Shown: positions 45,088 to 45,408 of the stretch, in pieces
How the letters are laid out: each line of letters opens with the position of its first letter
How positions within the stretch are numbered: position 1 is the first letter of the stretch
DNA from: a virus
Taxonomy: Duplodnaviria > Caudoviricetes
Direction: 5' to 3' (one strand)
Length of the DNA: 45,408 nucleotides
IMG/VR virus record: IMGVR_UViG_3300048578_000324
Coordinates: 1-45,408 of that record
Program-made: the position numbers and the translations under genes
The notes under the pieces: model-generated
The model's database searches: none
Told to the model about the DNA's origin: nothing
Seen by the model: the letters and a program-made list of their open reading frames with translations, nothing else

Positions 45088-45408
45088 TCAGCCCTCCACC
45101 TTGTGAGGGCCAACAGGCTCAAAGTCGTAGCCAATGGCGTAGACGGTGTTGAAGTATCGACCCCGCGTATCGTGCAGGTCCCAATGATAGGTGCCTTCGT
45201 TGCCTCTGGTCTGGGACATGCCGGACCTAGCGAAGGCCTTGCGATACTGCGGCGGCAGGCACTGAGAGACGGCAGCACGGTCGGGCACAACGAAGCCCTG
45301 CGGTGTGATGTCGCACAGGATGCCTTGTGCAGGAACGGCCGGTGCCGGTCCCTTGACGCAGCCCTTTACGTGGCGGCTGAGGTGAATGGCATAGAGACGA
45401 GTGGCCAT
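45088..45408 (-). CDS. Hypothetical early protein
   Basis: ORF begins at the window edge; 2-nt gap to the next gene. Confidence 0.6.
   Translation of the reverse strand: MATRLYAIHLSRHVKGCVKGPAPAVPAQGILCDITPQGFVVPDRAAVSQCLPPQYRKAFARSGMSQTRGNEGTYHWDLHDTRGRYFNTVYAIGYDFEPVGPHKVEG

Larger units (their letters stand above)
1..45408 (-). mobile_element. T7-like (Autographiviridae) phage genome encoding a tyrosine recombinase, possibly temperate
   Basis: Co-oriented T7 core genes in canonical order: RNAP, SSB, endonuclease, amidase, primase-helicase, DNA polymerase, exonuclease, portal, scaffold, capsid, tail A/B, internal proteins, fibre, terminases. Confidence 0.97.

Noticed and set aside
1-45408. 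tRNA, rRNA, CRISPR array, terminal repeats
   Set aside because: None seen; the window is trimmed to the first and last genes, so genome ends cannot be assessed.

Overview
A near-complete, GC-rich T7-like (Autographiviridae) phage genome, with every credible gene on the minus strand. Read from 45408 down to 1: small early genes (including an ArdA-like acidic protein), a tyrosine recombinase, single-subunit RNA polymerase, ATP-dependent ligase, SPFH protein, SSB, endonuclease I, an amidase-HTH fusion, a protein kinase, primase-helicase, a SAM methyltransferase, family A DNA polymerase, exonuclease, nucleotide-kinase-like genes, portal, scaffold, a holin/spanin cassette, major capsid, tail tube A/B, internal virion proteins, tail fibre and terminases. 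An alphaproteobacterial host is inferred, not shown. Most notable: an apparent nested +1-frame gene with its own RBS inside the gp16-like ejection protein; a T7-lysozyme-like amidase fused to a winged HTH; an RNA polymerase gene bracketed by terminators next to a recombinase; a hairpin loop before ssb that is exactly complementary to the RBS of an early gene; and a P-loop gene that appears to start at CTG. All calls come from motifs and synteny read by eye; no database searches were run, and no phage promoter consensus or attP was identified.
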